From contig CAUQBM010000001.1 of the NCBI GenBank assembly GCA_963516705.1, positions 4,183 to 68,182 of the forward strand: 64,000 nucleotides of DNA. Direction: 5' to 3'. Shown piece by piece: positions 48,318 through 58,961 of the stretch. The stretch's first letter is position 1, and every line of letters starts with the position of its first letter. Origin of the DNA: an uncultured Candidatus Saccharibacteria bacterium. Lineage in GTDB: Bacteria > Patescibacteriota > Saccharimonadia > Saccharimonadales > Saccharimonadaceae. Under the pieces are notes generated by a model, which was given only the letters and a program-made list of their open reading frames with translations, was not told where the DNA came from and ran no database searches. A program made the translations under genes and the position numbers.

Positions 48318-49394
48318 ATGGAAAAATTAAGCCCGACTCCGAGTGATATAGAGGCGAAGATGTATCAGCCTCGCGCTTTGCAAGTTCTTGATAGCGGCGA
48401 GCGCCGCGTAGAATTTGAGGGAATTAGTTGCCAGCTGAAATATTATGATTGCGAGCAGCCTGGCAACCCGGAAGCTTGCTGCAATGAAATATATGAATAT
48501 AAATTACCTGCCGATGCTATTGAGCGGGCTAATTTGGGTTTTGATCTAGACGAACTACCGTCATTTATTGGTGTAAAGGGTGGGGCGGCTCGTCAGGTTT
48601 TGGAGTCTCTAGTTCATAGCAACCGCCAGTTACCGCCTCCTCGCGATGTCGATTTGGTAATTTTAGAAGAAGTTATTGCTAGTGGCGATTATGATCCAGA
48701 TGAGATTCGGGCGGTAGCGAGCGATCTTTCAATGCGTTTTTCGCCACGTGATGCAATGAATGGCTATGGCGCGGAGTATGTACAATCTACTGCCGAGTTT
48801 ATGAGGCGGCATGATTTTACAATCAATCAAGTGCTCATACACAAGAACAACGGTGCTTGGAGGCTATTGGCTAGCACTCAAGCAGTGTTGGATACTACTG
48901 AGCATATTATTAGACCGACAGTTTTTGAACACGACATTGATTATGGCTATCGAATTGGCAATAAATTAGCCCTCAAGGCAGTGAGGCTTCTGTCTGATAT
49001 GCAAGTTCAGGGGATTGACTATGCAACCATCAAGAGTGTTCAATTGCCAGATGATATTTATGGTGATCCAAGGGGTGCTTATTTCATGCAAGCGCTACAG
49101 CTAGATAAGACGTTAGAAGTCAGCGACGAATTGGCCGAACGCTATGTGGAAAATCTAAAGTTTTATGGAATGATACCGTATGGTTGTGAAGATATGAGTG
49201 CTATTGAGATGTATTATTATCTAGTGAATGAGACGGATTTTGTCCCGTCTGATGGCGTGCTTGAATCCCTTCGGATTGAAAGAGAAAATCGCCTGAAGCT
49301 TGGTGGTGCGGCAAAGTTTGATGACGTCGTTGAAAGGCTATTAAGACAGGTGTCAGAGCGGTTTTCTCGAGATTACTACGATGCCAAAAAGTAG
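48318..49394 (+). CDS. Divergent CCA-adding enzyme/poly(A) polymerase-like nucleotidyltransferase
   Basis: VKGGAAR...PRDVDLV and RRHDFTINQ head-domain motifs; TTGACT-17bp-TATAAT promoter. Confidence 0.7.
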   Translation: MEKLSPTPSDIEAKMYQPRALQVLDSGERRVEFEGISCQLKYYDCEQPGNPEACCNEIYEYKLPADAIERANLGFDLDELPSFIGVKGGAARQVLESLVHSNRQLPPPRDVDLVILEEVIASGDYDPDEIRAVASDLSMRFSPRDAMNGYGAEYVQSTAEFMRRHDFTINQVLIHKNNGAWRLLASTQAVLDTTEHIIRPTVFEHDIDYGYRIGNKLALKAVRLLSDMQVQGIDYATIKSVQLPDDIYGDPRGAYFMQALQLDKTLEVSDELAERYVENLKFYGMIPYGCEDMSAIEMYYYLVNETDFVPSDGVLESLRIERENRLKLGGAAKFDDVVERLLRQVSERFSRDYYDAKK

Positions 49395-49406
49395 TATAAT
49401 AGAGAT

Positions 49407-49958
49407 ATGAAAGCAAGTTTTAAGCCAAAAAAGATTTTGTGGGTGGATTTGGAGATGACAGGATTAGATCCAGTACGTGATGAGATTTTGGAAGTAGCGG
49501 CAATTGCGACGGATTGGGATTTTAAGGAAATTGCGACGTACGAAGGAATTGTGCGCCACGATTCGGAAAAGCTGGCTAAGTTGTTGGACCGAAATGCTGG
49601 TTTTTGGAATGAGCATCCGGAAGCGCGACGCGGGCTGGAGGAGCAGAATGAATCGGGCAAGCCTTTGGCGGAAATAGAACGCGAATTGTTGGCGTTTTGT
49701 GATGAGCATTTTGCAGGCGAGACGAAGATTTTGTTAGCAGGCAATTCAATACATCAGGATCGTCGATTCATTGACCAATGGTGGCCAACGTTGTCAAAAA
49801 GACTACATTATCGTGTGTTGGACGTGAGTGCATGGAAGGTGGTGTTTGAAGGTAAATACGGTAAGAAATTCGCCAAGCCAGAAGATCATCGAGCACTGGA
49901 AGACATCCGCGGTAGCATTATGGAACTTGAATATTATTTGAAAAAGGTGAAAGTATGA
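49407..49958 (+). CDS. orn: Oligoribonuclease
   Basis: WVDLEMTGLD, LAGNSIHQDR, LHYRVLDVS, HRALEDI. Confidence 0.96.
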   Translation: MKASFKPKKILWVDLEMTGLDPVRDEILEVAAIATDWDFKEIATYEGIVRHDSEKLAKLLDRNAGFWNEHPEARRGLEEQNESGKPLAEIERELLAFCDEHFAGETKILLAGNSIHQDRRFIDQWWPTLSKRLHYRVLDVSAWKVVFEGKYGKKFAKPEDHRALEDIRGSIMELEYYLKKVKV

Positions 49959-50293
49959 CGCATAAACAATTTGAAGAATTTATCCTGAGTTTGCCGGGCG
50001 TATGGCTGGATTATCCATTTGGCGAGGATATTGCGGTGTATAAATTTGGTCGAGATAATGACGGCGCAGGGAAAATGGTAGCGTTGGTAGCGGAAGGTTC
50101 GAAGCCGCTCAGAGTAAGCCTAAAATGTGATCCGTTGTTGGCGCAGAATTTACGAGAAAAATACGAAACGGTTTTACCAGGCTATCACTTAAATAAGAAG
50201 CATTGGAATACAATTATTTGTTCAGGTCAATTGACTGACGAAGAGGTCTTTGATTTGGCGAGGTTGAGCTATCGATTAGTCTCGGAAGCTTAA
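49955..50293 (+). CDS. MmcQ/YjbR family DNA-binding protein
   Basis: YPFG, SLKCDP, PGYHLNKKHWNTI, SYRLV. Confidence 0.92.
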   Translation: MTHKQFEEFILSLPGVWLDYPFGEDIAVYKFGRDNDGAGKMVALVAEGSKPLRVSLKCDPLLAQNLREKYETVLPGYHLNKKHWNTIICSGQLTDEEVFDLARLSYRLVSEA

Positions 50294-50901
50294 TCTGCTT
50301 TAATGATTTGATTGATTTGTTTCTGAATATTCTCTAAATCGCCAGCAGTTTTTACTAGCCATTCGCGCATCTTTTTTGACTTGGTGGACTTGTATACCTT
50401 TTTCATCATATTGATCGTATCTGTTATTTGCACATTCATCTCATGGGCATAGGTAATATCCAATTGCGTGTTTAGAAGAGCTTCGTCCAATTTTTTCTCT
50501 AATTTTTCTGACGGATCTAGAGCGAGGATATCCTTCTGTTTTTCCTTATAATTGATGCCGGTTGCTTGAAGCGCTTCGCCCATTGAGGCGTCTGCGGTGG
50601 TTAGCACTGCAACCAGAGAACTGTTGGTGGTTTGCAAGCTGGTTGAGCGGAATTTATTATTGTATTTTTTGGAAATAGTGAGTAATTTATTAACACGTGA
50701 TGCAACTTGAGACGGACTAGCATTTGGCATAGAATCTTGTGAAAAAACGAATATCGCAATTAGGGTTATCAAGCCGATAAAACTCAAAATAGCGATGATG
50801 ATTTTGGTTTTTTTATCAAAACCTTCCGCTGGCGGAGGTGTGGCAATTTGATTCAGATAATCGATACCTTGAGGTTGGTTGTTCAAATTGTCAGGATACA
50901 T
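50290..50901 (-). CDS. Hypothetical single-TM membrane protein
   Basis: DYLNQIA motif, TM helix, helical ectodomain; start set at MYPDN. Confidence 0.75.
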   Translation of the reverse strand: MYPDNLNNQPQGIDYLNQIATPPPAEGFDKKTKIIIAILSFIGLITLIAIFVFSQDSMPNASPSQVASRVNKLLTISKKYNNKFRSTSLQTTNSSLVAVLTTADASMGEALQATGINYKEKQKDILALDPSEKLEKKLDEALLNTQLDITYAHEMNVQITDTINMMKKVYKSTKSKKMREWLVKTAGDLENIQKQINQIIKAD

Positions 50902-50954
50902 ATTTCTATTTAACCACAAACAATAACAGAGGTAAAGAGTGATATAATAAAAAT

Positions 50955-52688
50955 ATGAATGATGCCAAAGAAGAAGTGCGGGCGCGACTGAACATCGAGG
51001 ATGTGATTGGTGAGTATGTTCAGTTGAAGCGAGCGGGTCGCAACTTGAAGGGTTTAAGTCCGTTTACCGACGAGCGAACTCCAAGCTTTATGGTCAGTCC
51101 AGAAAAGCAGATTTGGCACGATTTTTCTTCTGGAAAAGGTGGCGATATTTTTACGTTTGTGATGATGGTGGAAGGAATGGATTTTCGTCAATCGCTGGAG
51201 CATTTGGCTCGGAAAGCGGGCGTCGATCTGACTTTGTTTTCTAATGGCGACGGACGAACAGTCAAGCGCCGCGCCAGAGCCAGGGAAGCGCTGAAGCTGG
51301 CCGCCAATTTTTATCAGCAGAATTTGGTGAAAAATTCGACAGCGTTAAATTATGTGGTTAAAAAACGGCGATTAAATCGTCAAACGATTGGTGATTTTCT
51401 GATTGGCTATGCGCCGGAGAATGGCGACACGTTGACGAAAGCATTGGAAAAAAGAGGATTTTCTAGGCAGGAATTGGCGGATGCTGGCTTGTCGAATCGG
51501 TTTGGTGGCGATTTGTTTCGCGGGCGAATGATGGTAGCTTTGAGTGACGGCAACGGCGAAGTTGTGGGATTTACGGGCAGAATTATTCGTGACGATCCGC
51601 GTGCTCCAAAATACCTGAACACGCCGCAAACGCTGTTGTTTGATAAATCGCGATATATTTTTGGTTTGCATCAAGCCAAGGAAGCGATTCGAAAAAGCGA
51701 TGTGGCGGTGATTGTTGAGGGCAATTTGGATGTGATTAGTAGTCATCAAGCGGGCGTCAAAAACGTGGTTGCGACATCTGGAACGGCGATGACGACGCAA
51801 CATTTGAAGTCGCTTAGTCGATTGGCAGGGCGGATTCGCTTGGCGTTTGATGGCGATCGAGCGGGAGTTAACGCAACGGAGCGGGCAATTAACTTGGCTC
51901 AGGAAGTCGGCGTGGAGTTGGAAGTGGTGAGCTTGCCTGATGGCGTTAAAGATCCAGACGAATTGATCCAAAAAGATCCAGCGCTTTGGCAAGCGGCGAT
52001 TGACCAATCTCAGCCGGCGGTGGATTGGGTGATTGCTAGGTACGCGGAAATGGAGAATTTGAAGTCGGCGGAAGGCAAGCGGCGATTTTCGACCATTGCA
52101 CTGAGGATTGTCCGAGGCTTGAAAGATCCGGTGGAACAAGAGCATTATCTGTCGGTAATTTCTGAAAAAACTGGCGCGTCAATTACCGCACTGAAGGCGA
52201 AATTGTCGAATGAAAAAGTCGCTGAACATCAATTGAAAAAGGCGAAAATTGAAAAAGAAAAACCGACTCCGGTTCAGGATGAAACTGAGGATATGCTGGC
52301 GGGGTTGGCGGCGAGTGAAAAATCTGTGCGGCGTTGGTTGGCGGCGGTTTCTGGCGAAATGTTGGATGATGACAACGCGCGGCAGTTGATTGGCTATTTG
52401 CGGAAGAATCCAGACGCGGATTTGGGCGAGGTTCCGCTGGACTTGCAAAAAATCGAACAGTATGTGAAAATAGTACAGTTGAAAAGTGAAAGTCGTTACG
52501 CCAATTGGGAGCAAAAAAGCTTGGACGAAGAGATGGCTCGGCTAGTCAGACAGATAACAATCAAACATCGCGAAAACAAAAAGAATCAATTATTAACGCA
52601 GCTTAGAGAGGCCGAGGCGTCGGGCGATGAGGTTTTGTCTCAGAATTTACGCCAGAGCTTAAATAATCTGATTAAGGAGAAAATGTGA
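50955..52688 (+). CDS. dnaG: DNA primase
   Basis: GLSPF..ERTPSF, PKYLNTP, VEGNLDV, FDGDRAG, KDPDE. Confidence 0.97.
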   Translation: MNDAKEEVRARLNIEDVIGEYVQLKRAGRNLKGLSPFTDERTPSFMVSPEKQIWHDFSSGKGGDIFTFVMMVEGMDFRQSLEHLARKAGVDLTLFSNGDGRTVKRRARAREALKLAANFYQQNLVKNSTALNYVVKKRRLNRQTIGDFLIGYAPENGDTLTKALEKRGFSRQELADAGLSNRFGGDLFRGRMMVALSDGNGEVVGFTGRIIRDDPRAPKYLNTPQTLLFDKSRYIFGLHQAKEAIRKSDVAVIVEGNLDVISSHQAGVKNVVATSGTAMTTQHLKSLSRLAGRIRLAFDGDRAGVNATERAINLAQEVGVELEVVSLPDGVKDPDELIQKDPALWQAAIDQSQPAVDWVIARYAEMENLKSAEGKRRFSTIALRIVRGLKDPVEQEHYLSVISEKTGASITALKAKLSNEKVAEHQLKKAKIEKEKPTPVQDETEDMLAGLAASEKSVRRWLAAVSGEMLDDDNARQLIGYLRKNPDADLGEVPLDLQKIEQYVKIVQLKSESRYANWEQKSLDEEMARLVRQITIKHRENKKNQLLTQLREAEASGDEVLSQNLRQSLNNLIKEKM

Positions 52689-53647
52689 GCGACGATATCA
52701 CGACGAAGCCAGTAAACTTAAACGAAGATGATGATTTTGATCCAACGCTTATAGACGAAGAAGAATCGGAAGATTTGGATTCGTTGACAACTGGACAATA
52801 TTTGGACGACGTGTCGGATGACTCGGTCAGGTTGTATCTGCGGGAAATCGGTAAAATTCCACTACTTAGCGCTGAAGAAGAAATGGACTTGGCGCGCCGA
52901 ATTGTTGAAGGCGATAAAAAGGCCAAGGATAAGATGGCTGAGGCGAATATGCGTTTGGTGGTGTCAATTGCTAAGCGTTATTCTGGTCGTGGTTTGGACT
53001 TTTTGGATCTGATTCAAGAGGGAAATACTGGACTTTTGCGTGCGGTTGAAAAGTTTGATCCAGATAAGGGATTTAAGTTTTCGACTTATGCGACTTGGTG
53101 GATTCGTCAGGCAATTACGCGTGCGATTGCTGATCAGGCGCGAACGATTCGTATTCCAGTTCACATGGTGGAAACGATCAATAAATTGCTGCGTACTCAG
53201 CGACGAATGACACAGGAATTGAACCGTGAGCCGACAATTGAAGAATTGTCTAAAGAGCTGGATATGGAACCAGAGAAAATTGAATATGTCATTAAGATTA
53301 AACAGGACATTTCTTCTTTGGACGCTGGCGTTGGTCGTGATGGTGAAGATGACGATTCTGTGCTGCAAGATTTTATCGTTGACGAAGATACGGTTTCACC
53401 AGAAGATTCCGCTTCAAATCAATTATTAAAAGAGCAAGTTCAGGAAATTCTATCAAGTTTGAGTGATCGCGAGCAGAAAATTGTTCGAATGCGTTTTGGT
53501 TTGGATAATGGGAAAAACCACACTTTGGAAGAAGTTGGCCAGGAATTTGCAGTTACGCGTGAGCGAATCCGCCAGATTGAAGCTAAGGCACTAGCAAAAC
53601 TTCGCAAGCACAAAGATGCGAAAAAACTTTACGAATATCTGGATTAA
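52685..53647 (+). CDS. rpoD: Primary RNA polymerase sigma factor (short, lacks region 1.1)
   Basis: [47 protein letters not shown]. Confidence 0.97.
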   Translation: MSDDITTKPVNLNEDDDFDPTLIDEEESEDLDSLTTGQYLDDVSDDSVRLYLREIGKIPLLSAEEEMDLARRIVEGDKKAKDKMAEANMRLVVSIAKRYSGRGLDFLDLIQEGNTGLLRAVEKFDPDKGFKFSTYATWWIRQAITRAIADQARTIRIPVHMVETINKLLRTQRRMTQELNREPTIEELSKELDMEPEKIEYVIKIKQDISSLDAGVGRDGEDDDSVLQDFIVDEDTVSPEDSASNQLLKEQVQEILSSLSDREQKIVRMRFGLDNGKNHTLEEVGQEFAVTRERIRQIEAKALAKLRKHKDAKKLYEYLD

Positions 53648-54235
53648 TTAACACTGTTCGGGCGATTTACAAAAATGGGCGTCGTGAGTTGCGGCGTCTA
53701 TTTTTTGGCGTAATTGCTCGAGGCTGCCGTCGTTAATGATGAAATAATCAGCAATAGCAATTGGTCCACCTTTTTCCAAATTCTCGATTTCTGACCAGTC
53801 GCGCTGATCAACTTCGTGCGGTTGCATTGGGCGCTCTATGCGCTTAGCCATTCGTTGATAACGGAGGTATTTCGGCGTAACAATAGCAATAACGACAACT
53901 TGTCCAGGAAATTCGTGCTTAAGGAATTTATATTCACTCCAAGTGTATAATCCGTCCAAAACGATTTTATTTTGCCCAGCGTTTATTAAATCGTGGATGT
54001 TTTTTATGACGCGTTTGATTACGAAATCTTTGCCTTCGCGGCGGCGAATCTCTTCCCGAAATTGTTGTTGATTGTCCCAAGTTTTTTCAATTCCAGCCTC
54101 GTCCATGGCTTTATAAATAACGCCACCGAAGTAAATTTTTGGAAATCCTTTTTCTGTCAAATATTCGACAGCTGAGCTTTTGCCGCTGCCCGCCAATCCA
54201 ACCAGGGCGATAATTTTTGCGTGTGGTTGTGTCAT
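53648..54235 (-). CDS. P-loop kinase (dephospho-CoA kinase/NMP kinase-like)
   Basis: GLAGSGKS, VLDG, ADYFIINDGS. Confidence 0.8.
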   Translation of the reverse strand: MTQPHAKIIALVGLAGSGKSSAVEYLTEKGFPKIYFGGVIYKAMDEAGIEKTWDNQQQFREEIRRREGKDFVIKRVIKNIHDLINAGQNKIVLDGLYTWSEYKFLKHEFPGQVVVIAIVTPKYLRYQRMAKRIERPMQPHEVDQRDWSEIENLEKGGPIAIADYFIINDGSLEQLRQKIDAATHDAHFCKSPEQC

Positions 54236-54297
54236 GTACTAATTTTAACAATTTGTTGACATTCTTCCAAATAGAGAGTATCTTTAAGCTACACACT

Positions 54298-54849
54298 ATG
54301 GAAACACTTCATGGACATGTTGAAGAGTTACCTCAGAATTCTCCTTCTGACCTTGATATTAAGGGTCAAGAAAATTCGATAGATAATGATAAGATAACGG
54401 CTCAGATTAAAGAGCTGGAATCAAAATTCGATCATAATCCAGACGGTAGCGAGAAATGGCAGAGGTTTGTTGGTAAGCCTATCGAGGATCAATATGGGCA
54501 GCGTTGGATGATTTGGGAAAATCCTGCCACTTCATCATCTAATCCAAAGGATCGATATCAAATATATAAGATACTCAAGAATGAAGATGAGTTTAGATAT
54601 GCTTTCATAAAAGAGCTTGAGGTTGATCGTTACCCTGGGCGCCATAAAACGTCTTACGAGTTTTTTGTTGGACCAGATGACGGTAGAGATGAGACTATAA
54701 CCGTGTTCTTTAATGACGATGGAGTGATTGAGTATGTTCATTGTTATAGCTATCTGGAGGAGCGCAAGAGATTGTACGAGAAGTACGAAAGAGCGCAGAA
54801 GAAACTTGCTGAGGCTTCAATAATCAACTCTCTGACGATAGCCGCTTAA
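54298..54849 (+). CDS. Hypothetical orphan protein
   Basis: Start METLHGH at 54298, downstream of TTGACA-17bp-TATCTT. Confidence 0.65.
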   Translation: METLHGHVEELPQNSPSDLDIKGQENSIDNDKITAQIKELESKFDHNPDGSEKWQRFVGKPIEDQYGQRWMIWENPATSSSNPKDRYQIYKILKNEDEFRYAFIKELEVDRYPGRHKTSYEFFVGPDDGRDETITVFFNDDGVIEYVHCYSYLEERKRLYEKYERAQKKLAEASIINSLTIAA

Positions 54850-54865
54850 ATGCTACAATAGAGTT

Positions 54866-57403
54866 ATGAAGCGTCTAGTGGTTATTGATGGAAAGTCGGT
54901 GTTTTACCGAGGTTATTATGCTATGCCGGGATTGTCGATGGCTGACGGAACTCCGACTGGTGGAGTGTACGGATTTGTCAGTTTGGCAATTGAGTTAATT
55001 AAGAAATTGGAGCCGGATTATGTGGCGGTAGCTTGGGATAAGCGCGGTACAAATATTCGCAAGCGGCGGGAATTGTATCCAGAATATAAAGCTGGTCGCA
55101 AGCCAGCGCCAGATGACTTTTACCAGCAAATTCCGATTTTACACGAGCTGCTCGATGCATTTGGCTGGCCGCTTTATGAAATTGATGATTACGAGGCGGA
55201 CGACATTCTGGGCGCGTTTGCCAGGCAAGCGGAATCTCGCGGAATTGAAACGTGCTTGATAACGTCGGATTTGGACGCATTGCAATTGATATCACCGATG
55301 ACCAAAGTTTACGCCATGAAAAATGGTTTAAGGAATATCGAAGAATTTACGGCGGAACACTTTGAAGAAAAATACGGAATTCGGACGGAACAATTTTTAG
55401 ATTTGAAGGCGCTAAAGGGTGATTCTAGTGATAATTTGCCGGGAGTGCCGGGAATTGGCGAGAAAACGGCGGTGAAATTATTGCAAGAATATGAAACTCT
55501 GGACGGAGTTTATGAACATCTGGACGAGCAAAAAGGCGCTTTGCGAACGAAGCTGGAAAATGGTCGCGAGTCGGCATATTTGACCAAGCAAGTGGCGGAA
55601 ATTTGGACGGACGCGCCGATTGAACTGGACTGGGATGTGGCGGACGTTAATGATTGTGATTTTGCGCGAGTAAAGGAAATTCTGCAGAAGTTGGAGTTTA
55701 ATTCGCTAATTGGACGACTGCCGCGAACGATGCAAGCGACGGAAAATGAGAAAAAAGAAGAGCCGAAGTTGGATATTCCACGAATTGAAAAATTGCCCGA
55801 TATGCCAATGTTTGAGTCGGAAAATATAATATATATCGATTCGTCGGAGCCTGACGTAATTTACATAAGCTCAAATCCTGAGTCAGTGTGGACGGCGAAA
55901 ATTAGCGAAATTAGTCAATCTGTGTGGCAATTACTGGCGCAGGGAACTGTGATCGCGGCGGACGTTAAGCAGTTGTATCATGCGCTGGATAATCATGGCG
56001 TGGCGGTGCGTTTTCATGAGGTTTGTGACGTTGGGCAGGCGGCGTTTTTGATTGATCCACTGAAGCGCGATCGTAGTTTGAATGCGCTGTCTGGTGATTT
56101 TTCTGATGACAATTCCGCGCCTTATCAATTGGCTCGCTTGCATAAAATTTATCGTGAACAAAAAGTTTACATGTCAAACAATTCGCAAATTGCGCGCGTG
56201 GCTTACGAGTTTGATTTTCCAGTAATTTGGGCGCTATTCCAGATGGAAAAACGCGGGATGAAGTTGGACGACACGCTATTAAAACAGATGGGCGATGAGC
56301 TGGCGGCGGAAGTTCGTGAGCTTGAACAACAAATGTATTCCATGGCTGGATATGAGTTTAACGCGTCTAGTCCAGCGCAACTTTCTGAGGTTTTGTTTAC
56401 CAAATTACAATTACCAACCGTGGGCATAAAAAAGGGAAAAACTGGATATTCAACAGGTCAAAAAGAGTTGGACAAATTACGTGGACAACATCCGATTATC
56501 GAGTTGATTGAGCGATATCGAGAATTGACCAAATTGATCAGCACGTACATTGAGGCGTTACCAAAATTGATGGCGACTGATGGGCGAATTCACACTACGT
56601 TTAATCAGGATGTAACCAGCACGGGGCGGCTGAGCAGTACAAATCCGAATTTACAGAATATTCCGGCGCGGACTGAACTGGGTAGGAAAATTCGCCAGGC
56701 GTTTGTTCCGAGTGATGGTAAAGTTTTTGTCGGCGCGGATTATTCACAATTTGAGCTGAGGCTGGCTGCTGTGCTGGCAGGCGACGAGAAATTGATTGAA
56801 GACTTTAATAGTGATGTTGATATTCACGCAAAAACGGCGGCGGAAACATACGGAATATCGATTGACGAAGTGAGCAAATCTCAGCGTCGAGCAGCGAAAG
56901 TGATCAATTTTGGTGTACTTTATGGAATGAGTCCGCACGGTTTGGCGGCGGCTACGGGAATGTCATTTACAGAGGCGAAAAAGTTTATTGATCATTATTT
57001 TGAGGTGCGAAAACCGATTCGTCAGTATTTGGATAAAATTTTAACTCAAGCGCGAGAACAGGGATTTGTTGAAACGTATTTTGGCAGGCGACGACCAACA
57101 CCTGATGTAAAATCGAGCAATTTTATGGTGCGATCTTCGGCGGAAAGAGCTGCGATGAATATGCCAATTCAAGGCACGGAAGCGGATTTGATGAAATTGG
57201 CAATGATTCGGCTGGAGGACAAGTTGTCGGGCTTGGCTGATGCGATTTTACAGGTTCATGATTCGATTTTGGTGGAATGCAAACCTGAAGACGTCCAGAA
57301 AGTCAGCGAGATTATGAAAGTGGAAATGGAAGGCGTTTGTCCGGAATTACCGATTAAATTGAAAGTAGATGTCGGTACGGGCGTAAATTGGGGTGAAGTG
57401 TAG
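54866..57403 (+). CDS. polA: DNA polymerase I
   Basis: 5'-3' exonuclease (YKAGR, EADD, GDSSDN.PGV), TGRLSS.NPNLQNIP, ADYSQFELR, QVHDS. Confidence 0.97.
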   Translation: MKRLVVIDGKSVFYRGYYAMPGLSMADGTPTGGVYGFVSLAIELIKKLEPDYVAVAWDKRGTNIRKRRELYPEYKAGRKPAPDDFYQQIPILHELLDAFGWPLYEIDDYEADDILGAFARQAESRGIETCLITSDLDALQLISPMTKVYAMKNGLRNIEEFTAEHFEEKYGIRTEQFLDLKALKGDSSDNLPGVPGIGEKTAVKLLQEYETLDGVYEHLDEQKGALRTKLENGRESAYLTKQVAEIWTDAPIELDWDVADVNDCDFARVKEILQKLEFNSLIGRLPRTMQATENEKKEEPKLDIPRIEKLPDMPMFESENIIYIDSSEPDVIYISSNPESVWTAKISEISQSVWQLLAQGTVIAADVKQLYHALDNHGVAVRFHEVCDVGQAAFLIDPLKRDRSLNALSGDFSDDNSAPYQLARLHKIYREQKVYMSNNSQIARVAYEFDFPVIWALFQMEKRGMKLDDTLLKQMGDELAAEVRELEQQMYSMAGYEFNASSPAQLSEVLFTKLQLPTVGIKKGKTGYSTGQKELDKLRGQHPIIELIERYRELTKLISTYIEALPKLMATDGRIHTTFNQDVTSTGRLSSTNPNLQNIPARTELGRKIRQAFVPSDGKVFVGADYSQFELRLAAVLAGDEKLIEDFNSDVDIHAKTAAETYGISIDEVSKSQRRAAKVINFGVLYGMSPHGLAAATGMSFTEAKKFIDHYFEVRKPIRQYLDKILTQAREQGFVETYFGRRRPTPDVKSSNFMVRSSAERAAMNMPIQGTEADLMKLAMIRLEDKLSGLADAILQVHDSILVECKPEDVQKVSEIMKVEMEGVCPELPIKLKVDVGTGVNWGEV

Positions 57404-57424
57404 AAAATATGGTATAATTACGCC

Positions 57425-58072
57425 ATGAAATACACTCAACGACGAAATTCATTTTCTCGATTTGTACCAATTTTGCTGGTTATTGTTATCACGGTTGTGG
57501 CGGTAGCAGCGGTTATTGCGATTGGTCGAGCATTATTTGGCAAAAACGATTCAGGTCAAACAACGGATCAAAATGTTAACGTAGGGCAAGTTGCTTTGTT
57601 GTCGACGGACGTGGGAAGCGCGGTTCGATTGACGGTGCGCGGGCCAATTGTAGCGAATGAGAATTTCCGCTCATATAGCATCACTATTTCGCCAGAATCT
57701 CGCGAAATGACGACGTACGAGGGATATTTGGATAAGCCGATTGCAGAAAAAAAATTGGATAATAACAGCAGGGCTTATACGGAGCTGGTTTATGCGCTTG
57801 ATAAGCGAAAAATGATGGAAGGTACGCCGCTAACTGAGCAGCAAAACGATTTGCGGGGAATTTGTGCTAGCGGTAAAATTTACAAATTCGAAACCTTGAA
57901 GGACAATTCCGTTGTGAAGAGTTTGTGGACGTCGGATTGTAGCGGCTCTAAAGGTTCGGCGCAAGCTAACGTAAACGAGATTTTGGATATGTTTTTGAAG
58001 CAAATTCCTGACGGCAAAAAAATGGCGGCTGGAATTGGTCTAAGTCAAGAAGAAGCTTTGTTTAAGCTGTAG
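57425..58072 (+). CDS. Hypothetical membrane-anchored protein
   Basis: N-terminal TM, VRGPIVANENFRSY, Cys pair. Confidence 0.75.
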   Translation: MKYTQRRNSFSRFVPILLVIVITVVAVAAVIAIGRALFGKNDSGQTTDQNVNVGQVALLSTDVGSAVRLTVRGPIVANENFRSYSITISPESREMTTYEGYLDKPIAEKKLDNNSRAYTELVYALDKRKMMEGTPLTEQQNDLRGICASGKIYKFETLKDNSVVKSLWTSDCSGSKGSAQANVNEILDMFLKQIPDGKKMAAGIGLSQEEALFKL

Positions 58073-58082
58073 GACTCGCCGA

Positions 58083-58961
58083 ATGCCCGAGCTACCCGAA
58101 GTTGAGACAGTTCGTCGCGGTTTGGCGGATTTATTGCCAGGTCAGGCTGTTGTGCGAGCGACGGTATTTGATTCGCCAAAGAGTTTTCCGAATTCACCCA
58201 CTGACGTTCAGCAATTTTTATATGGTGCGCACGTAACGGCGGTGCGACGTCGTGCAAAAGTATTGATGATTGATCTTGATACGCGTTATTCGCTGGTGAT
58301 ACATCTTAAGATGACTGGGCAATTGATTTTTCGTGGGGCTAATAGTTTTGCTGGCGGTCATCCGAATGATAGTTTGATTGGTGAATTGCCTGATAAATCG
58401 ACGCGCGTGCAAATTGATTTTACGGATGGTTCGCGCCTGTTTTTCAATGATCAGCGTAAGTTTGGCTGGATGAAATTGATGCCGACTGATGAGATAGAAA
58501 ATTTGCCGTTTATGCAGAAAGTTGGGCCGGAACCGCTCGATAAAAAAACTGAGGCGAGTGACTTTATTAAACGAATTCGTCGTCGGCAAAATTCGATGAT
58601 AAAGCCGGCGTTTCTTGATCAGTCGGTGATCGCTGGAGTTGGTAATATTTATGCTGATGAAGCTCTGTGGGCTGCGAAAATTCACCCTCAGACGCGCGTT
58701 AGGAATGTTAGTGATGACCAATTGGAAGATTTGTTTAACGAACTGCGCCAGATTTTGCAATTGAGCATTGATCAGGGCGGCTCGACGGATAAAAATTACG
58801 TTGACGCTGAAGGCAGGAAAGGTAATTATCTGTCGTTTGCGCACGTATTTCGTCGGGAAGGTCAGCCGTGCCATCGGCATCCTGACCAAGAGATTGTAAA
58901 GATGAAAGTTTCTGGACGCGGTACGCATATTTGCCCAGTTTGCCAAGTGGAGGCGAAGTGA
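58083..58961 (+). CDS. mutM: Formamidopyrimidine-DNA glycosylase
   Basis: MPELPEVE, HLKMTG, GVGNIYADE, C-terminal zinc finger. Confidence 0.97.
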   Translation: MPELPEVETVRRGLADLLPGQAVVRATVFDSPKSFPNSPTDVQQFLYGAHVTAVRRRAKVLMIDLDTRYSLVIHLKMTGQLIFRGANSFAGGHPNDSLIGELPDKSTRVQIDFTDGSRLFFNDQRKFGWMKLMPTDEIENLPFMQKVGPEPLDKKTEASDFIKRIRRRQNSMIKPAFLDQSVIAGVGNIYADEALWAAKIHPQTRVRNVSDDQLEDLFNELRQILQLSIDQGGSTDKNYVDAEGRKGNYLSFAHVFRREGQPCHRHPDQEIVKMKVSGRGTHICPVCQVEAK

